A DNA stretch of 64,000 bases from Chrysomallon squamiferum (taxonomy: Eukaryota > Animalia > Mollusca), in assembly GCA_012295275.1 (NCBI GenBank), contig CM022665.1, positions 38,006,001 through 38,070,000 on the forward strand. Reading direction: 5' to 3'. Below the pieces are notes generated by a model that was given only the letters and a program-made list of their open reading frames with translations, did no database searches and was not told the origin of the DNA. Numbering within the stretch: position 1 is the first letter of the stretch; each line of letters opens with the position of its first letter. Shown piece by piece: positions 14,595 through 28,290 of the stretch. A program made the translations under genes and the position numbers.

Positions 14595-16349
14595 TTTTTT
14601 TTACCTGACAAAAATTCTGGGCATGATTCCATGTGATATGTGCTTAAGTCTCTGGATACACAAAAGACAAGGGTCATTTTGAAATAGCAAACCACTGGAA
14701 TTAAAGTATTTCTTTTCTTTTTATCTTTATTGTTTTCCTTTATCTGCTTTCACTAACACTTCATCTCACACTACTTCCTTTTCTCCCTGTATCCTTTCTC
14801 TATTTCATTGTCTGTATTTCTTTCTTTCTTTCCTTTTCAGTTTCTGTCTTTCTGTTCCTATTTCTTTTCATATCTCTCTTCTCATTCACTTATTGTCTCT
14901 TTCTTTCTCTCCACTTTCTTTCTGCTTTTCACTTTTTGTCTCTCTGAGTATCTCCACCTTCTCTCTCTTTGTTTTACTCTACCATTCTCACACATTAAAT
15001 TAAAACTGTGTTATTGAACCATACAGTACTAAAATATTTTTTTTTGTTTTGTTTCAAATGCTGTCCTAATTCTTGTTCAGACTTGATATCCTAATATACA
15101 TATAGATCGAAGCGTAATACTGCTGTGATTGTTATGTCAATGTATTTATTGGATGTATTGAACTAATTTGATATCATCTTCACTGGCTGAATAATATATG
15201 GATTTCTCAAGGAAGATTATCTCAGAGCTTGCTTTATTTCGTGATGTGTATATAGAGTGCAGAGATTGTTGATGACACAGTCAATTAAACATAACATAAC
15301 CCTTTTTTTAAGGTGATTTCTGACCTAGCTGTTGAAAAACAAAAACAAAAACCTCGTTTATGGATACACAGGTATGTAGTTAAATATGTGGGTTAAATTG
15401 CAGTGATCAGTTACAGTTACATGAGTGGAATGAATTTCAGTTACTACCTATAATTATCAGTATATATTTGTATGTATGTATATCTTTTTCTGTGCCTGTA
15501 TGTGTGTGTTATATAATGTTTGCTTGTATGCATTTGTGTGTCAGTATGTGTATGTGTAGACAGGTATATATGTGTTGAATGCATGTGTGTGTATATATAT
15601 ATGTATGTAAGTATGTATGTATGTATGTATTATTCTCTATGTGCAGGTTTAAGTTTATATGTGTAGGTATATGAGGCAAAAATGAGGGAAAAAATGAGCA
15701 AGTTCCAGAAAATCCAGAAATTTATTTCACTTACACTCTAATCTGTTTGACTGAAAACAACCTTTAAGAAAAATACCATCGGATTACTTTATTGCTGTGA
15801 AAATTAGTGAGGTTTCCAAAATCAGTTTTGTTTGATTTATTGAAAGTTTTGTGTATTTTTCACAGATGGCCATGAAAGAACAATCCATCTTGAACAGACT
15901 TGATGTCAAGTGGAAGTACTTGCTGTGTTTGTCTTAATGAGGCTTGCACGTCGGTGCCTCTGTATGGATGTGTGTGTTTGTTTGTCAGTGTGTGTGGCTG
16001 ATATTGTTTATGTGTATGTGTGAGTGTGAATACACATCTCTTTGTCTTGTGAGTGAGCATGCATGTTTGGACGTCACATGCTGTGTACAAAGGCTATGCA
16101 GTGGATGTGATTCTTCATAATCTGGCTGGTTCCAAGTCTGTGGTGATTGAAATATTTCAAATGGTTTTTCGTATTGATCAAAACGTCAAGACTGGCTTTT
16201 GGCATTTGAACAAGAACTGGAGAAATTCCACTGAAGATGACATACAGTGATTTGTTTTTGTGTTTATCTCTGTAATACTCATGTCTTGTGTCTTTAGAGA
16301 AACCACCTTCTATTCGAGAATGTCTTACTCTTTTTACTTCAGTGTATTT

Positions 16350-16600
16350 TATTTGATGGCTGTAATAAATTATTTAATTTCATTGGTATAAAACAGTGTC
16401 TTATTCTTCTGTATAATAAACTATAATGCTTCTCTGATATAATAAATTGTTACATTTTTGGGACATGTTATATATCCATGGTTATATTTCTCTTAAAACA
16501 GTATATTATTTGATTTCTATGATATAATAAACTGTTACACCTTTCCTTGTGTAATAAATGCTTTTTCACATTTATTTTGGTTATATATTAAAATTATATA
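16350..16600. repeat. Degenerate ~27-30 bp tandem repeat
   Basis: Recurrent (g/t)ataataaa(c/t)t(g/a)ttaca-like motif. Confidence 0.5.
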
Positions 16601-19600
16601 TATATACTTATGTATTCATTACAACAGAATTATTACATTGTTACCATTAATTAACTTAAACACAAAGGTTCATTGTAGATATCTGATAGTCAAATTGATT
16701 TGTTTATGTGTTAATGGGAATATAAAGCCTAATAGATTTTTTTCAGTAATCAAGAGATTATTTTTGGATATTGGCTTTTGCTGATAATTAAACATGACTT
16801 TAATATAATAAGCTAAAAAAAAAATATGGAGATGTCATTTCCTATTTTTTTTCCAGTTTTCTCCAATTTAGGTGTGAAAGCATGTAATACACAATTTATG
16901 TATTAAAAAAACCTCTAATAATAATATTGTCTCTTGCTTTTCTTTATTAATGGTATCTATGGCAGTGCTATAGAACATTTTAAATTGTGCAGTATAAAAC
17001 AAAAAACTTTTAATTTTGTAGGCAAAAAAAATTAATTCAGAATATTTTTTTCCAGCAGTACACAGAATTGTTTTTTACATTTTAATCCAGTAGAATGTTT
17101 TAATTGATTTTTGTCCATAACATCTGTCTGCAAGTGATAATTTCAGTAACTGCTGTTTGTAATATACTGTTTAATTTCATTGCCAATTTACACCAGGGCA
17201 CAAATTTATCATTGTTACATTTTGCTAGATGTGTTTGTACATGTGTTTGTGTGTGTGTGTGTGTCAAAGTACATCTTTCCTTTTAATGGAAACATCATGG
17301 GAAGTATCTGGTTGCTTTACAGAGACGTAATCCATCACCTTAGAATGGTTAACCTTAGACCTGTATTATTTAAACACACAATGAAACATTAACACATTTT
17401 CAAACTAGAAGGCCTCTTCATCAATAGTTTATTGTAGCAGGTAGTAACATCCATGTGACCACACATATCATCATCATTATTATCATCATCGTCCCTGAAT
17501 TGGATGTTCTCCGTGAAAGGCCAGAAGTATCAAGCAAGCTGGTTAAAGCCTGATTCAGTATCATCTTCATTGGATAAATAATGTATGGATTTTGTGGAAT
17601 TGTTGCAGCTGAAGCATGCTATTTCAGTCATTGATTATCCATAATATGATTAATTGATAGACCATAATAATGTTTTTTAGTGCCGTCATAAAGTATAGTT
17701 TAATTTCTTCTTCTTTTTTCTTCTTCCTAGATCTACTGTATGTTTGCTGTATGTTAAAGGAATCTCTGTAAAACATTTTTATGATCTTAATCATATTGGT
17801 TAATGTCTTTGCATTAGTGTGTTCAGATTGTGATTACCAGAGATTATTGTTCATTTTGAAAGAACTCTCATTTGTTTAGAAATATCCTGTTTCTTATTTA
17901 TTGTGCTTGGCTGATATGTTGAAAACATGTTTAATGTTTTATTAGTGTTTTGTTGAAGCTATTATAACTTCATGAAATTACTCTGGCACAACAATCATTG
18001 ATAGTAATAACAATGTTATTTGAGTCAAGCATCTTCCTAGGTACTATACAGTTTATTTTGTAGATTTTTGTGTGTCTTGTCTTTTTTCTTAATTGGTATT
18101 TAACACAGCTGTCATCAGTAGTCATGGGAGAGATAGCTTGGTTATGTTTATGTCTGTTTCAGGTTTTGGAATATTATATTTATATTAACGTGTATATTAA
18201 TTGTATAAATGCATGCATATATGTATTTAAGGAATGGCTATGTCAGTTTTTTTTTCAAAAATTATTCAAGTTAAAAACATAATTATCAAATGTAATGAAG
18301 ACCATGTTATTATTATTTATAGTATTATGAAATTAATCATGCAGGTCTTAGCCCTGCCTAAAATTTGTCATTTGTCCTTTATCCTTTTGGAGTAGAAAGT
18401 GGGATTTAATTCCAGTCATCAACCAGTTAAAACACTCAGTAACGTAACCCAAATCAGAATTTTCACAGAGATGTGAAGTTAGTAAGTTTTCTGACAATAC
18501 TCATCAGAGAAGAAAACTTCCAAAGAAATTGTTCATCTTGAAAAACCAAAGGGTCAGAATCATGTGGATAGCTTGGTAAAGATTGAATAGTTGAAAACTT
18601 ACTTATATTCATTTCAACATATTTTATTAAGTCTGGATCACACTTTTGATTAAGTATTTTAGAATGTTGAATTATTCTGGATAATTATCTGAGCCCTAGA
18701 ATTATGTTGGAGTAGCAGATTTTGCCCTTTTACCCTATTGGCTGGAACCCTGGATTCACAACCATTTCTAATTACCTTACAGAAAAGCTCAATTCTGCAT
18801 TGGTTCTTTTCATCCACTTCTTCTGATTTGGAACAGAAACCACTTTGACTACATGTCACATCCACTGACATCTACAGCTGTGTGAAATATTACCTGAACT
18901 CTGCAAAAATTATACACTTCCAGTGTAACCAGGCCAGAATGTGCAAAATCACTATTGATTTCGGTCTCGGGGCAGTCTGGCCAGCAACGACGAGAAATAA
19001 AAGTGATAAACTGGTCAGTGAGTAATCACAATATTTTGGACACTGCCAAAACATGATTAATACAGCACATATTTGTTTTAGTTGATGACGATTGGGATGA
19101 AAATGTTAAAAGGATATTTCTTCTTGTCCTTCTGTGATTTGAACTGTGTGCAGTGTTCTTGTCAACACAGAAAATTGTTCGACCATCGTGTGTAACAGAC
19201 TTGTTTGGTGTCTTGTGAATAGAGTTATGAAACAGATTAGAGGTGGTCAGAATACAGTAATGTCTGCATGTTATCGATGTTTTCACAGATTCACAATAGT
19301 AAAAATAGTTTCTGTGTGGACTAGTGTTTAAGGTAATTGCCATGGTTTGTCAAGTATGGTATTTAAATATTATTATTTATTTTGATTGAATTTGTTAGAA
19401 ATACCAGAAAGCTGCAGGGGGTGCATTTTTAAAAACATAACCTTTAACAATAGTTTAACAATAATAGATTTTATTATTGGATGTTACTCCAAAAATTAGA
19501 ACCATGCAATTACACTTTTGTGTTGAAGCTATGAGAATTGGAAAACATTTTTATGAGAGTTCTTCTAAAAGTAAAAACCCAAAATGAAATGCAAAAGTAT

Positions 19601-22139
19601 TCACTGTTATATTAGTATTATTCAATATTATTTAGGCATTTTTTTTTTTATAAAAATTTAAAATACACAGAAAATTTCAAAATTTTTAAAATTTTTAAAT
19701 GTGAAATTTGCACATACTATTTTAAATTTACATTAAAATTATTCTTTTTATGATCAAATTATTAAGAATGTATTTATTTTATCATTATTTTAAGGTAGTC
19801 TGTATTTTGATTAGGTTAAAGAAGGTAAATTTTGATTTTAAAATTTTTCATTTTGGTTTCATAAGTCAGATTCACATATTTTAAAAAATACATTACTTTG
19901 CAGTGGTGTATTTTTTCTCTTTTTTTTTTCTTGCAATATAATTCATGTTCATGCATCTGTTAAAGAAATTCATTACTGTAAATATATTAAATCTGATTTG
20001 CTCCATTAATTCAGCAGATGGTTTAGATTGTTGTGCATGTTTTTCTGTTCATTGATGTGATAAGAAACAGATGTACTATGTAAATTATTCAAGTATGTAC
20101 TGGAAGGGTGTGTGATAAATAGCATATCTATCAAAACACTGTATTAATAACACCATCAGCAATCTTTTGTGATGCCACACTTATCCTTAAAGCCTTTAAA
20201 TGTGTTATTGACAGCCTCCATTCAAGGATATATGCACAGGGAACAATGCTGATGTCATTACAGCTGTGAAAATTGGATTTGTCCAGGTATCAGACAACCA
20301 GGTCTTAAGTGGATACCTTGTTTTGTTAGAACAGGAATCAAGTACTGATTGTACTGGTCATAACACTGATGTAATTCGTAGTAGTACCAGAAAAACATTA
20401 TATCTAATTAATATCTGTCTGTATAATACTATGTTCTGTTAGTACAGATGTGAACTACTTATTCCTTTCATACTGATGACAAATTCAGTCACAACTATCA
20501 TTAGGTAATTACTCAATCTAGCCACTTCTGTTTCAAAAGCATAAAAACAGTGATATGTTGTGTGTGTTTTTTGTTTGTTTTGTTTTGTATTTTTTCTCAC
20601 TGGAAATGCTGAATGAAGTTGCTATAGAAATTTTTATTTTGTTCAAACTATTTTTTGAATGTGTATGTTTGTATTAATATCAAGGAATTGTCAAGTAAGT
20701 TGTAGGTTGAATATTAAAATCCTGAAAAAATATATATTATTTATAGATTGCAGCATTTACTTGATATTGTTTTATAAAGCTTCCCAAATACAGTAGACTA
20801 ATTTTCTTTTATGTTTCTCAAAGCTGATGTGTCACAGTAATACAGTTATTACATTTTATGACCTTGGAAGTTGAATGTAACATCTTTTGTTTGAAAATAG
20901 TATCCATGATACATAGCAGTAAAGTTCACAACTGACTTTTGTTCAAAACATTTGTAACCATATAAGATCTGTGGAGGATGATGGAACAGATAGTAATCAC
21001 TACAGGTCTGGTGATGTCTAGCTATATTTGCAAAGATAATTTTTGAGATACAATAATTTAGACAAGCTCTCAAAAAATACTTACATGAAATCTTACAAAA
21101 AGGAGACTAACTACTGGGTTGTCAAGATATCCTCATATCACCATACACAAATGTGACTACTGTGTAACAAACACTGGGCAAAACATACTATCTCTTTCAG
21201 CAAAGATTTATTATTTGACTTTTACTGGGCACTTTGGCAAGAAAAACAACAACATAAAACTCTTTATAATATTTAGATAGGTCTCATTACTGTCATAGAT
21301 AATTATGATTATCCAGCATCATTATTTATTTACACAGATCTTATTTATTAGATTTATATATACTGATGATGGATTGCATTTAGGAGTGAAGCTGAAATTT
21401 ACCGTCAGCCTAATGGCTTTATTCATACATACTGAAATGAATTTTTAATGTCTGTGTTCAGTAACCAGCTAAATGGTGTTGAAGATTTGTAGATAAATGT
21501 GAAATATTTGGCTTCTCCAGTAGCAAGGGATTATTTATACCATTAATGTGTTTTAATAAATTAATAAGTTGAATAGTTGAAGATTTAAAAATCTCTGCTA
21601 TTGTAGACAACTTCCATTTATATGATGCGTAATTCTTGAAACAAACTGCCTTAGTTGGGTTGAGCACAGTCCAAGTGTCTGGGTTTTTAGTATATTATTA
21701 AATCTGAGAAAAGAATAATATATAGCCAGATCTTAATATATTCATGTTGTAGACTAATATTGTAATTGTTATGTTTCCTAGACTGTAATCATTTGTTCTT
21801 CTTCTTTTTTTGTAAAATGAAAGGGAAACATATTTTTAATAAAATAAATATGTTGGAATTGTTAAAAATATTTTTAAACAAATCTTTATATCAAGTAATT
21901 AATGATTGATATTTATTTAGTGCAGTGTCAATTTTTTTTTTTTTAAATTGCAGTATCATATTTAATTGTATTATATCTTTTTTCCCCATACTCTTTTAAT
22001 GTTTCATGATAACGATAACATTTTACTTCAAGATGTTTTGCAGATATTACTATATATATAATTTTTTTTTATCTCCATCTTGGCCACATAAATTTGTTTT
22101 CATGTGAAATTTACACTGATCTCATAATTAACATAATGA

Positions 22140-22226
22140 TATATTAACCTGAGTCTGACACCTAACAGCCAGTATACGTGTGTGCTGAGGTATCATCAAA
22201 TATTCATTCTTTCATTTATTCATTCA
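22140..22226 (+). mobile_element. SINE-like 3' tail fragment ending in (ATTC)n
   Basis: tctgacacctaacagcc...gtgctgaggtatcatcaaatattcattctttcatttattcattc resembles the 3' end of gastropod tRNA-derived SINEs as I recall them. Confidence 0.4.
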
Positions 22227-22721
22227 AGGCTGGTGTAAATCATTCATTTACAGTAAGACAGTTACTGTTGTTGTGTTTGCATTTTCTTCAATGAAAGGAT
22301 TCATAACAACAACCAAAAATGTAATATTAAACAATCATAAAAGAAATGATGCTGGTTGTCACATCTGCTGGGTTGATTTGTACATCTCTTGACACAGATG
22401 ACACTGCAGTTTTGTGTGGCACTGCAGTTAATTAGTGGCAGGCTTCTTCATAATTGAATCACCTCAGTTGTCTGTTGATGAGTCACCAACTGTACATGTG
22501 TTTTATCATCTGCTCAGCTTCTGTTCTGCTGCCAGTGGTGTTTTTTTTTCTCTTTCTCTCTGTCAGTTTTTTCTTTTCTTCTCTTTTCTTGCATTTTGTT
22601 TTTATCTCTTTTTTCTTCTGTCTTTTCTCTTTTTCACAATCACTTTTTTCTTTTCCTTTCACCTTTTTCTGTCTGTTTTTATCTCTTTGCTTCTCTCTCA
22701 TTTTCTTTTTCCTTCCTTCCT

Positions 22722-22762
<41 letters not shown>

Positions 22763-23418
22763 GTTTATTACTTCTTTGTTTGTTTCCCTTATAAATAGAT
22801 TTTCCCCTGCAGGGAATATACATATTTTTTAAACTTATATCCTTATACATTAGTAACCCATGGGGCACATTTATTTGGAATCATCTTATATGTTTAGAAA
22901 CGTGATGTTTTCTCCTTAAGAGTCTTACATCCACAATTATATTGACCCTGAACCAGACATTTAATGTCTAAGAATAATCTGATTGAAAAGAATAATGTAA
23001 TTTAGGGAATAATTAGCAATTAGAGTGTATTGTTGTCCTTCCTATTTTTACACAGCCTTTAGGATCTTTTTGCCTGTTTAAGACACTGTTTTAGGATACA
23101 GATTGTGACATAGTATTACACTATGGAACTGGGTCATTTTTTTTATCAGTTTATTTTCTATGCATCAGTGACTATCAGAGAAGCATATTTTATTACCACA
23201 TGGTGTAAATTGAATATTATTTGATATATCTGTAATTATAGTACATCTCCTAAAGCATGACTGTTAGGTTGAAAATAAATTCATTTTTCTTGTTATTATT
23301 TTAATATTAACAAGAATATAATCAATATTATGAACACTATACTTTAATTTTCTGTCAGATAATCCCAGATGCTCTGATATTCAGATAATGTGACATAACA
23401 GTAACAACACTGACATAC

Positions 23419-23554
23419 TTACAAAACATACAACATGTACTTTATATATGTTAGATATATTTTATATACAGATATTTAGAAATAGTTACAAAACATACAA
23501 CATGTACTTTATATATGTTAGATATATTTTATATACAGATATTTAGAAATAGTT
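23419..23554. repeat. Exact 67-bp tandem duplication
   Basis: ttacaaaacatacaacatgtac...atttagaaatag starts at 23419 and again at 23486. Confidence 0.95.
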
Positions 23555-24741
23555 CATATATAGTGTGTCAGATGAATGTATATTTACATATTCATGCATT
23601 TCATGTAAAATTAAAAGATATTTTGTAAACCTGTGTTTAGATAATGATGATGTGTTAGATATCCAGTTTGAGTATCATGTATTCCATGCAAAATACAAGC
23701 TCTACCTGTATGACACACGATGTGGAACATCTTAATACTGCACATATGATAAAAAAATTCAATCTTTATATACATGTATATCATAAAATATACTGCACAT
23801 GAGATGTAAAATATGTAAGTATGAAAGACAAGATATATTTTGTATGACACATGAAATACATGATACATTCTGCATGAATATTAGATATAAGGTATATTTT
23901 GTATGATACATGAGATCTAAATCAGTGTATGTGGCATACAGGACTGTATGTATGATGTGAATGTAACAACACTGTTTTATCTGTCACTGAACTCTATGTT
24001 GTAATGTAGACACTCTACTGTGTATCTATACACTATATTGGACAGTGGCCAACACCTGTTCTTTTATCAAAGAGATTTTTGTGAAAAGGACTGACAGTCT
24101 GTGAAAGTCTGGGAAAGTCTTAATGTCACTTTTTTAAAAAGACAGTATCAGTTTTGTGAACTGTGACATCATTTGTCTTTGTTAATTGAGGTTAAAAGCA
24201 TCTGTCAAAACCTGACAGCATCATAGCTTTACAAATAGATCCAGCAGAAAGGTTTCTTTTCAGGGATATGTTTAAGAGTTGACAATACTTGTTTGTGTAA
24301 AGTTTTGTGATGTGACATTCAAGTGTGTTGTGGTTACAGCAGTGGACTACTTCAGTCATTCTGAACTAAATGGTATTTCTTTTTGTTTCAGTTTTATTTT
24401 GTCTACAATTCATACTTGATTAGACATTCAAACATGAGACATACATACATACATACATACATACATTCATGCCTGCATTATTGCTTATATACATACACAT
24501 TTATATTTCTCTGTGCATGTGGGAACTATTCTTAATAACTATATAATTGTGCTTTCATCCGTGATATTTACTGTCAGGAATAATAATTACATTTCAGTGT
24601 TTGTAATAGAAGTGGTATCAGTATATCTTTATCTAACAGTAACACATAGAGATATGAGCTATACGAACTGTTGTTTAGCAATAAATGTCCTGATTATGGT
24701 AATTATTTGCTTTATATCTTTATGTGATTACAAAAATTATT

Positions 24742-24885
24742 TCATCATCATCATCATGTTGTCCTGTAGCCATTCTGCCATTGGGGTGATGCAGTTATGC
24801 TGATGATATGGCACCAGCCAGCTCAGTCTTCTGCTAGTCTAATGAGCACCATTATATCATCCTTCCAAATCTGCCCATGAAGATC
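24742..24885 (-). mobile_element. Fossil 3' end of an RTE-like non-LTR retrotransposon
   Basis: Minus strand reads WKDDIMVLIRLAED*AGWCHIISITASPQWQNGYRTT* followed by a (TGA)n tail. This resembles the W.DDI...LAEDR..WR motif at RTE ORF C-termini. Confidence 0.5.
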
Positions 24886-25045
24886 ATTCATTATTTCATG
24901 CCCTTGTAAAAAATATGATTATATGTTTTTGTGATTAAAAACTTTATTTCAAGTGACTTATTTGTATATTTGATCAAAATATTTAGCGTATTTAATTTTT
25001 TTACAAAATTTATTAAAACAAGTCTTCTGTTTTTAATTACACACG

Positions 25046-25092
<47 letters not shown>

Positions 25093-27819
25093 AAAAAATT
25101 CTGGATTTCTTAAAATTTATATTTGCACTGTGTCATAAGATTTGTATTTTTGTTACATCATAAATCTGAATGGATTTACAAATAGAAATAAGGTAATATC
25201 ATCTCTGAAAAGGTGTTGGTTTTTAAACAAGTGTAAATTTATTTCATATCTTATTACAAGTGCTAGCCTTGCCCTAGGAAAATACTTATTTTTACTTCTA
25301 CTGAATGAGAAAAGGTAATAGAAGTATTTAAAATATTTATATTGTTGAATGCAGGTAACATAAAGAAATTTAATTATTGCATTATTTATTTGATAACAGC
25401 GTAGAATGAATAAATAAAGAGTTTTTTTGTTTGTTTTTTGGTATTTTTTAATTTTTTTAATTTTATTTTTTAACACAAAGTGTCATATACATTCACATTT
25501 ATATAACCATGAATTTTTTTTTTTGTCAATTCATTTCCCCCTTTTGTATGAAATGTAAAATATTATATTATGTATTACATACAGACAGTGAACATACATG
25601 GATATATACATATCTCAACACACTGTTATGTACAAGTATATATTGTTTACTTTACAAAGATGTACATTGTGCATTTGAAATACAATTTTTGCTATATCGT
25701 GAAAATGTGGATAGAAGTTGAAGTCACATAAGCAATCATTACTTTTTCATGTAACTATTTACAAAGTGATGGCAAAACTAATTGACAAGGAAACTTCAAA
25801 GAAAAAAACAAATAATTGATCACCTGCAGGGATAGATGTACTTTTATGAGAACAGAATTTAAATGTATTTTGTGACTAGCAGGTTTTATATAGCTTAGGT
25901 AATCTTATTAGTTTCAGTTTGTAAATAACAGAGTTTTTTAATTTTTATTCATTGATTGACTGATTTTTTTAATTATTTTTTTTAATTTATTTATTTGTTT
26001 GTTTGTTCAGTTATTTTTTGTACTGTGGAATAGATAGTAGGACTTTATGGTACATTTATTAATTTTAAAAAGTAGTGGCTATGATTTTGAAATGTTAAAA
26101 GTAATATTGCCTTGGACATTGACAGTTTATATATATATATAAGTAATATTCTTAAATAAGAAGTTTGATATACTAGTGTGTATTATTTGTGGTGTAAAGT
26201 TTGGCAAGAATATTCCTTCAAATACAATCAAATTGTTATTTGTAATTCCAAGATCATCCACATTTGTATTCTTTTATTTTTTATCTTTATAGAACAAAAA
26301 CTTGTATTTAAAAGTCACCTGCTTATAATAGTACTTTAGGTAAGTCTATACAGTGGTCGCTATAGATAGCTGATATTGTGCTGAAGATGAAACCCAATCA
26401 CAAATGTGACAGCTCTGACAAACTGATCAGATCTCACAACCGACGGTTGTGAATACATCCATTTGTGAATTCACTTACTTAGATAAGTGTCTGAAGATAA
26501 AAAAGAGCTTGTTAAGGGCGATCAGTCAGGATGTTGTCCCAGGAGAAACCGAGAAAGACGAAATATAAAGAGAAAATTTCCACAATACTTCCAGACTGTG
26601 ACCTGCCCAGGAGACGTTATGAAGATAATTGAGTATACTTGGGAATGATTTTGAAAACTATGTTTTGTGATACAACACTGATCTAATATTTCAGGTTAGC
26701 TGAATTCTCCAAAGATAGCAGAATCTGACAGAACGTTGCACTGAAAATGTGCACTGAGTCGATTGGTGAACTTTTTAAAGAAGACTTGATTCCACATACT
26801 TATTGATTCAAAGCTGCACTTTGACATTTTCTTTCAAAACAGAGGAAAAAAATCAATAGAATTTTGTGTAACTCAACCTACATATGTCTAACCCAGCTTC
26901 ACCATCAAGCTCTACCTGTGACTGTACATAAATAGATTTCAGTTTTTAATTAAATTTATTGGATCTGTCCCCTTTGATTTAATTTTGGTGATTTCATAAT
27001 AGCTCAGTTTTAATTCCAATGTTAAAATAGTTAAGTTGAAACTATGTATTCCATGAGTCTGTCATTCAAAACTAAATATTAGTTTCATTACTGAAGAATA
27101 ATTCAAGCAAAGAGAGTCAAGACTTGGTTTCTTTCCAAACTCTAGATGATTATATAATACAAAATTTCAAGTTATACTTTCATAGCAGTCAACTAATTTT
27201 TACTTTAAGATGGCATATTATGGTTAAAAGGTAAGAAAAAGGAATTCATTCTTTTTGATTTGCAAGGTAAATCATTTTTAAAGAGCTGATACAAAGTAGA
27301 TCTAGGTGTAAACTGGTAAGCAAATTTCAGATATGTCACTTAGATACAATTTAAGTATCTAACAAAATCAGTACCACAATTTAAGAATCAATTTCTGACA
27401 GTAACTGTTCTTTAAAAAAAAAAAAAATAATAACTTTAAAAGCTAATTATTTGATGGTTTTGAATGGAACACTTTTTCATTTTTTTTTGCCTGTAATTTT
27501 AATTTTTTATTTATTTTATTTAATATTATTATTATTTATTTACTTTATTTTTTATCAAAAAGCTGATACGTTTCTATGAGCACCACTTGCTGGTTATGTT
27601 GGTATTCCTGTGTTTAGAAACATTTATCAATTATACAGTTTGGTATAGTCAGGATGTTCACAAAGGTATTGCCAGCAAGTATTCAAACTACTGCCTGATA
27701 CATTTTCCCTTACATAATTTTATTGTCGTATTTCAGAGGTGGCAGAATGGCTCAAGTTTATAAAAAAAAAAAACTTAATCAATAGTTAAAACCTAATACT
27801 TAAAATATCAGGGATATAT

Positions 27820-28290
27820 ATTAGATCTCTAGTTACATAATGCAACAGATGTCTGGTAACTGGTAGGAACTTTGTTTATTCAACCTTACCATAGTGTTTT
27901 TTTGTTGTTTACTTTTTTAGTTTTTTTTGTTTGTTTTTTTATTTTGGAGATAAAAAAGTAACTTAAGTTGACAAAATCATTTTATTCAATTGGTAGAACC
28001 TATTAATCGTAATATTGATGAATATGCTTCATAGATCTCCAGTTACCTCATATAACTGAATAGAAGTCTGGCTGTTGGTAGATTTCTAGTCTATTCAACC
28101 CATACATAATGTGTGTGTTTTTTGTTTTTTTGCTTTGTAGACAAAGTAATGGCTTAAGTTGACAAAATTATGCTGCAGTTTTGTTAATTATTTTAACTGA
28201 GACAGACAATAGTAGGAACATACATACATAGATCTCTAGCTACATAATGGAATAAATTCCTGGTAGCTGATATAAACTCATTTTATTCAC
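27820..28290. repeat. Degenerate ~200 bp tandem repeat, 2-3 copies
   Basis: tagatctc(t/c)ag(t/c)tac at ~27822, ~28032 and ~28228; cttaagttgacaaaat at ~27962 and ~28153. Confidence 0.7.
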
